28,306 nt of DNA from a bacterium (lineage in GTDB: Bacteria; UBP7; UBA6624; JBBIMK01): assembly GCA_037444445.1 (NCBI GenBank), contig JBBIMK010000026.1:1-28306 (forward strand), given 5' to 3'. This document shows, in pieces, positions 25,015-28,306 of this stretch; the first letter of the stretch is position 1; the number at the start of each line of letters is the position of its first letter. The position numbers were made by a program, and so were the translations under genes. Under the pieces are notes generated by a model. It was not told the origin of the DNA. It made no database searches and saw only the letters and a program-made list of their open reading frames with translations.

Positions 25015-25764
25015 TCAAGGTGCTCGAAAAAGCACAGGATGAGTTTCGGAGTAAATAAATGAACCATCTTGGATGGTAAAGGTATATCGCCTGCCACCGG
25101 GGAAATCCGGGTCGTTCAGTGGAATAACTTCATTTAACATCGTGGTTTTTGAGACAAGTGGAGCAAATTCAGGGGGAATGTAGGGGCCTAAATCGATCCA
25201 GTTTCCTGGATAATAGTTTCTATCCAACCGGATAAATCGCTCCATAATTGTGGTTTCTGCGATGGTGGCAGAATACATAGTATTCACAAAGGCTACATCT
25301 CTACGCTGTCCTATATCGCTCCATTGGTTTAAGTGCAAGCCCCCTGCATCCGCTTCCACCATATTGGTGTTAATCTTTCTCTCATAATATTTCCATAGAG
25401 TGGGCCCAGACCCTTCATCCACATCCACATAAAAAGATAGAGTAAAAGATGAAGGAAGATTATTCGTAAGAGTATAATGACCCGAAGTAGGAGTCGGTGT
25501 TTCGTGGATTGGAGTATTGTCACAGGGGTTCATCAATAAAGCGGGTAGATAACCCTGGTCATAAAGAGCTTGCGTGGATGCAGGCAAGGAGTTATTGTCA
25601 TAGTAGTAGAGAATGTAAGAATGAGAGATGGATACGGCTTTACCAAGCCAGTTCTTGAATTCTAACGTGTCCTTGATGAGCATATCTCCGCCTTCCTGCC
25701 ACGCCTGAGCCCATCCAGGCAGTAAAATCACCATAAATACCCAAAGATACAATGCTTTTCTCAT
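25015..25764 (-). CDS. Hypothetical secreted protein, pseudopilin-motif paralog
   Basis: The ATG at 25764 is preceded by AAGGAGGCTGAAGAAA. The signal peptide MRKALYLWVFMVILLPGWAQA has an AQA cleavage site. Module 1 is ILYYYDNNSLPASTQALYDQGYLPALLMNPCDNTPIHETPTPTSGHYTL. Module 2 is ERFIRLDRNYYPGNWIDL... Confidence 0.75.
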   Translation of the reverse strand: MRKALYLWVFMVILLPGWAQAWQEGGDMLIKDTLEFKNWLGKAVSISHSYILYYYDNNSLPASTQALYDQGYLPALLMNPCDNTPIHETPTPTSGHYTLTNNLPSSFTLSFYVDVDEGSGPTLWKYYERKINTNMVEADAGGLHLNQWSDIGQRRDVAFVNTMYSATIAETTIMERFIRLDRNYYPGNWIDLGPYIPPEFAPLVSKTTMLNEVIPLNDPDFPGGRRYTFTIQDGSFIYSETHPVLFRAP

Positions 25765-25796
25765 TTTCTTCAGCCTCCTTATATTTTTATTAATTT

Positions 25797-26189
25797 TCAA
25801 GGGTCTTTCCGACACTCATCCCACACATTATCCCCGTCTGAGCACTGGAAACACCTTTGTCCTTCCGGGCAGCCACACTCATTATTCGGATCATAATTGC
25901 ATTTTTTCCCTCTACCGAGAGGAGCGAAAATTGGACAAAAAGAGTTCTGACCTGTAAGACCCAGCCCGCCAGTGGTAGATCCAGTTCCTGTTCCATCTGC
26001 AGAAGAACTCAACGGAAGAAACACGATGCCCTCAGCATTCTGAATTATGGAAATCACGTCGCCATCCCAAATGTCTCGACTAAGACTAACCCACTGATTT
26101 TCGCCATCACACTTACAAACTGAGGGTTTTGCCTCCGCCGAAGAAGCCACCAGCCCCGAAATCACCACCGCCATCACTACCATCATCAT
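25797..26189 (-). CDS. Cys-rich secreted protein 2 (130 aa from the ATGATGATG start; 9 Cys in the mature part)
   Basis: MMMVVMAVVISGLVASSAEA is followed by a Gly/Thr-rich linker and the C-terminal CNYDPNNECGCPEGQRCFQCSDGD. The upstream ATG at 26205, equivalent to MKKG in copy 1, is out of frame because the A-run is 6 here versus 5 in copy 1. GGGAG just upstream of ATGATGATG could serve as the RBS. Confidence 0.6.
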   Translation of the reverse strand: MMMVVMAVVISGLVASSAEAKPSVCKCDGENQWVSLSRDIWDGDVISIIQNAEGIVFLPLSSSADGTGTGSTTGGLGLTGQNSFCPIFAPLGRGKKCNYDPNNECGCPEGQRCFQCSDGDNVWDECRKDP

Positions 26190-26247
26190 AACTCCCTTTT
26201 TTCATTTTCTGCAACCCCCCCATCTTTTTCTTTTGAGGGTCATCCCC
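26151..26247 (-). repeat. Shared 5'UTR + signal-peptide cassette, copy 2
   Basis: See 23774..23870. Confidence 0.8.
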
Positions 26248-26306
26248 CCGCTCCCCTCGCAGTAAATACAAATGTCTTCGCCATTTCTTATCCCTCAGGC
26301 AATTTT

Positions 26307-26335
26307 ATATTACCACAGGCAAAAAAACTTGTCAA
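26307..26335 (-). promoter_or_regulatory. Sigma70-type promoter for Cys-rich gene 2
   Basis: On the minus strand, TTGACA (26335-26330), a 17-nt spacer, then TAATAT (26312-26307), about 100 nt upstream of the coding start. This is the best consensus match in the window. Confidence 0.5.
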
Positions 26336-26364
26336 GTGGGCCCACTTTTTGAGTCAATAGATCC

Positions 26365-26393
26365 CACCGTTTGGTGCCTGACCCAAAAGGGTC
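26365..26393. repeat. Palindromic repeat, copy G (CACCGTTTGGTGCCTGACCCAAAAGGGTC)
   Basis: Near-duplicate of copy D. It lies between the CPBP gene stop (26402) and the promoter at 26307..26335. Confidence 0.65.
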
Positions 26394-26401
26394 CTGAAAA
26401 G

Positions 26402-27412
26402 TTAGTGGGTTAAGAATAGAAATATAATTAACAGAGCGTTCCAGAGAAAGTGAGATGCCCATAAAGGAACCAGGTCGCGCGTTCGTGAAAATACATAAAG
26501 TCTTACCGGAGTGACCAGAATAATAATAGCGGAAAGATAGGGGTCTATCGGCACCCCTGCGTAATAATCGGCGTGGAAAATCGCCCAAACCACGCCCGGA
26601 AGAAGGTAAGGCAAAAAACAGGGTCGAAGCCACTCCTTCAGGTGAACGAACAGGAAAATCACGAGGATTTCTTCCTGAAAAGTGTCAAAGAGAAGGGAGA
26701 CGAATAAATAAAAATAACTCATGTCTATGGAAATTTCAAGGGGCTTTTCAGGTAGTCGCAAAATGTAAACCCAGATAACTCCCAGAATGAGCATCTGGAC
26801 ATATCCTATACCTAATAGCACGAGCGTCCACTTGACCCTTTCTCTGAAACGATTCCGAATGAATCCCAGAGCCTCTACCCGGTTCCACATAACCCATTGG
26901 AAGTATAGGAGGCAAAGAGCATACCAGAAGCGCTGCCCTCCGAAATCGAGGTATCTAAACAGGCGTATGTAGTCCAGTTGATTGAGCCTGCGCCTGGTAA
27001 CCAAATATAGTTCGTGCATCCAGGAGCCCCTGAAGTGTGGGAAATTGCGTAACAAAATGTCCCGCCCAATGTAACTGAGGAGGGGCTTTAAGAGAGGGAA
27101 AATCAACAGGGCTCCGGTTAGATATTTGCCCCAATCTCTCTTCGGTATTTTCAGATGCTTAAATCCCTTCCAGAACACGAGAAAAAAGGCTATAAAGGGA
27201 AGAATGTAGACAAGGCCGCGGTTAACAAAGCCCACACTATAAAGCCATTCATAGCCGTATTTGCACGAATTGAAATCGAAGAACTGGATAACCCAGGAAG
27301 GGAAATAACGGCAGGGAATGGGAATAGGAGGTAAACCTTGAAGCAGTGCCTCATTTACTAATAAAAAGTAAGCAATAACCAGTAAAAGAGAAGTTTTATG
27401 CTCTACTTTCAC
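26402..27412 (-). CDS. CPBP-family (CAAX protease / bacteriocin-processing, Abi-like) intramembrane protease with a long N-terminal polytopic extension
   Basis: 336 aa with a GTG start; highly hydrophobic. The C-terminal third carries FQEEILVIF (EE motif, though the usual Arg at +5 is absent), WAIFH (aromatic-xxx-H) and SHFLWN (HxxxN). The spacings are roughly 30-40 aa, as in PF02517-type proteins. Confidence 0.7.
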   Translation of the reverse strand: MKVEHKTSLLLVIAYFLLVNEALLQGLPPIPIPCRYFPSWVIQFFDFNSCKYGYEWLYSVGFVNRGLVYILPFIAFFLVFWKGFKHLKIPKRDWGKYLTGALLIFPLLKPLLSYIGRDILLRNFPHFRGSWMHELYLVTRRRLNQLDYIRLFRYLDFGGQRFWYALCLLYFQWVMWNRVEALGFIRNRFRERVKWTLVLLGIGYVQMLILGVIWVYILRLPEKPLEISIDMSYFYLFVSLLFDTFQEEILVIFLFVHLKEWLRPCFLPYLLPGVVWAIFHADYYAGVPIDPYLSAIIILVTPVRLYVFSRTRDLVPLWASHFLWNALLIIFLFLTH

Positions 27413-27419
27413 ATATTCT

Positions 27420-28037
27420 CTATTCTATGTCCATCCCTTCCCAGGGGCAATCCACGATGGTACCGCTGGGAAGTCCCTCGGATGTAACAGTCTCACAGTG
27501 ATAGTCATCCAATTCGTTGATGATGCCATCACTGTTTTTATCTTTAATGAGTCCGGCATAGTCCCAGCCAACTCCCGAACAAGAATACTGGTTACTGTTC
27601 TCCTGCCATATTCCACCTCCTGCAATGCAGGAGGTGCGTAGGTTAGCAACTGTGATGTCAAGCGGACAGGGAATTCTTGGATTTTCAAGCCCGGGATTTT
27701 CTGGTCCTTCGGTACAAATCACCTCATCATCACCTGTCTCATTCTCATAGGGTGGTTGATCCCATTTCCCGTCTTTGCCTTTAGGTTGGAATTTGTTGTC
27801 ACCATCATCCGTTAATTGAACATATACTATGTACGGGCAGTGAAGATCGGGGTAGCACGGTTATTCACATGTGTAGTGAGATTTACCAGTACCTGGTGGA
27901 TGAAAGTCCCCCCAGTTAGCCTCACACAATGCCTGAAACGCGTCGCGAATCTTATCAAACCTTCTCTTTTCGCGAAGGGTTCCCCATAGATGACTAAGTT
28001 CACAGGCCGTCATGAGAAATACCATCGCAAGCACCAC
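27420..28037 (-). pseudogene. Cys-rich lipoprotein 3, split by one in-frame TAA (27861-27863)
   Basis: The same reading frame runs from ...RRLKQRITLVVLAMVFLMTAC (lipobox-like LMTAC) through ...GKSHYTCE, the TAA, then PCYPDLHCPYIVYVQLTDDGDNKF... into track ORF 27420..27722. There are 47 open codons between the TAA and the GTG used by the track. No ATG precedes the basic n-region; candidate starts are GTG 28037/28034 and ATG 28025. An EF-hand/dockerin-like loop DKNSDGIINELD is present. Confidence 0.45.
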
Positions 28038-28209
28038 AAGGGTAATGCGTTGCTTCAGCCGCCTGGGGTTCCGAAGATGTGGAATGAACCGCCACTCTCA
28101 CTATCTTCCACCAGAACCTTCTTCACCGGAAGTTACCAGTAAGAAGGAAAATTTGTTTTTGTGAGATTTTTCATCTCACTTTCCGCCCCCTATTTTGAAT
28201 GATTTTTTT

Positions 28210-28276
28210 CTTTTTTGCAAGCCCTTCCATTTTTCCTCTTCCCTTTTCCCTCATTCCCTTGCTCCCTCATCGGGGT
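28210..28276. repeat. CT-rich intergenic repeat, copy Y
   Basis: GCAAGCCCTTCCAT (28217-28230) plus a CT-rich tail, alignable with 20341..20422. It is followed by what may be the stop (TAG, 28277-28279) of a minus-strand gene that runs off the window. Confidence 0.5.
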
Positions 28277-28306
28277 CTACAGCGCCTCCGGGGGACGAGC
28301 CTCCGG

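Noticed and set aside
19119-26393. Integron gene-cassette array with the palindromes as attC sites
   Set aside because: I saw no integrase (intI) and no R''/R' core sites of the RYYYAAC/GTTRRRY type at the repeat ends. The repeats are much shorter than typical attC sites, and several genes are contiguous without a repeat between them.
27861-27863. In-frame TAA as evidence of an alternative genetic code
   Set aside because: All other genes in the window end normally on TAA, TAG or TGA, and no other confident gene has an internal stop. A single event fits a pseudogene, an error or local readthrough, not code reassignment.
28277-28306. Possible 3' end of a further minus-strand gene at the window edge (…PEARPPEAL, TAG at 28277-28279)
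   Set aside because: Only 9 codons are visible, which is too short to call as a feature. I mention it only because repeat Y sits directly after it, as repeat X does after the 20423 gene.

Overview
This is a 28.3-kb bacterial window with one ncRNA (RNase P RNA). I saw no rRNA, tRNA, CRISPR array, transposase or integrase. All calls come from reading motifs by eye; no searches were run.

Positions 1-19,100 look like ordinary chromosome. They hold a lipoprotein, an AI-2E permease, a thermonuclease-LTD lipoprotein, rnpB, and a single-pass membrane protein. Next come a GlmL-like ASKHA protein with a small overlapping partner, and a 1303-aa TPR protein with a degenerate J-like domain. A multidomain S8 peptidase ending in a dockerin follows. 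After a ~670-bp AT-rich non-coding gap comes a tightly overlapped operon of lysine 2,3-aminomutase (kamA) plus two Ddl-like ATP-grasp ligases.

Positions 19,100-28,306 look accessory, and every gene there is on the minus strand. Almost every product has a signal peptide and no family I recognise.
- Five proteins are paralogs that share a duplicated motif resembling the GspG pseudopilin core, but they have ordinary, non-prepilin N-termini.
- Three genes encode Cys-rich secreted proteins. Two of them share a ~97-nt near-identical 5'UTR plus signal-peptide cassette, while their mature parts are unrelated.
- One gene is a CPBP (CAAX protease / bacteriocin-processing) intramembrane protease.
- The intergenic gaps carry a palindromic repeat family, TTTTGGGG-N5-CCCCAAAA, with seven copies here and none in the first 19 kb.

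I read this as a candidate undescribed, diversifying secreted-effector/partner locus. The kamA plus two ATP-grasp operon is a second candidate, possibly a beta-lysine ligation pathway.
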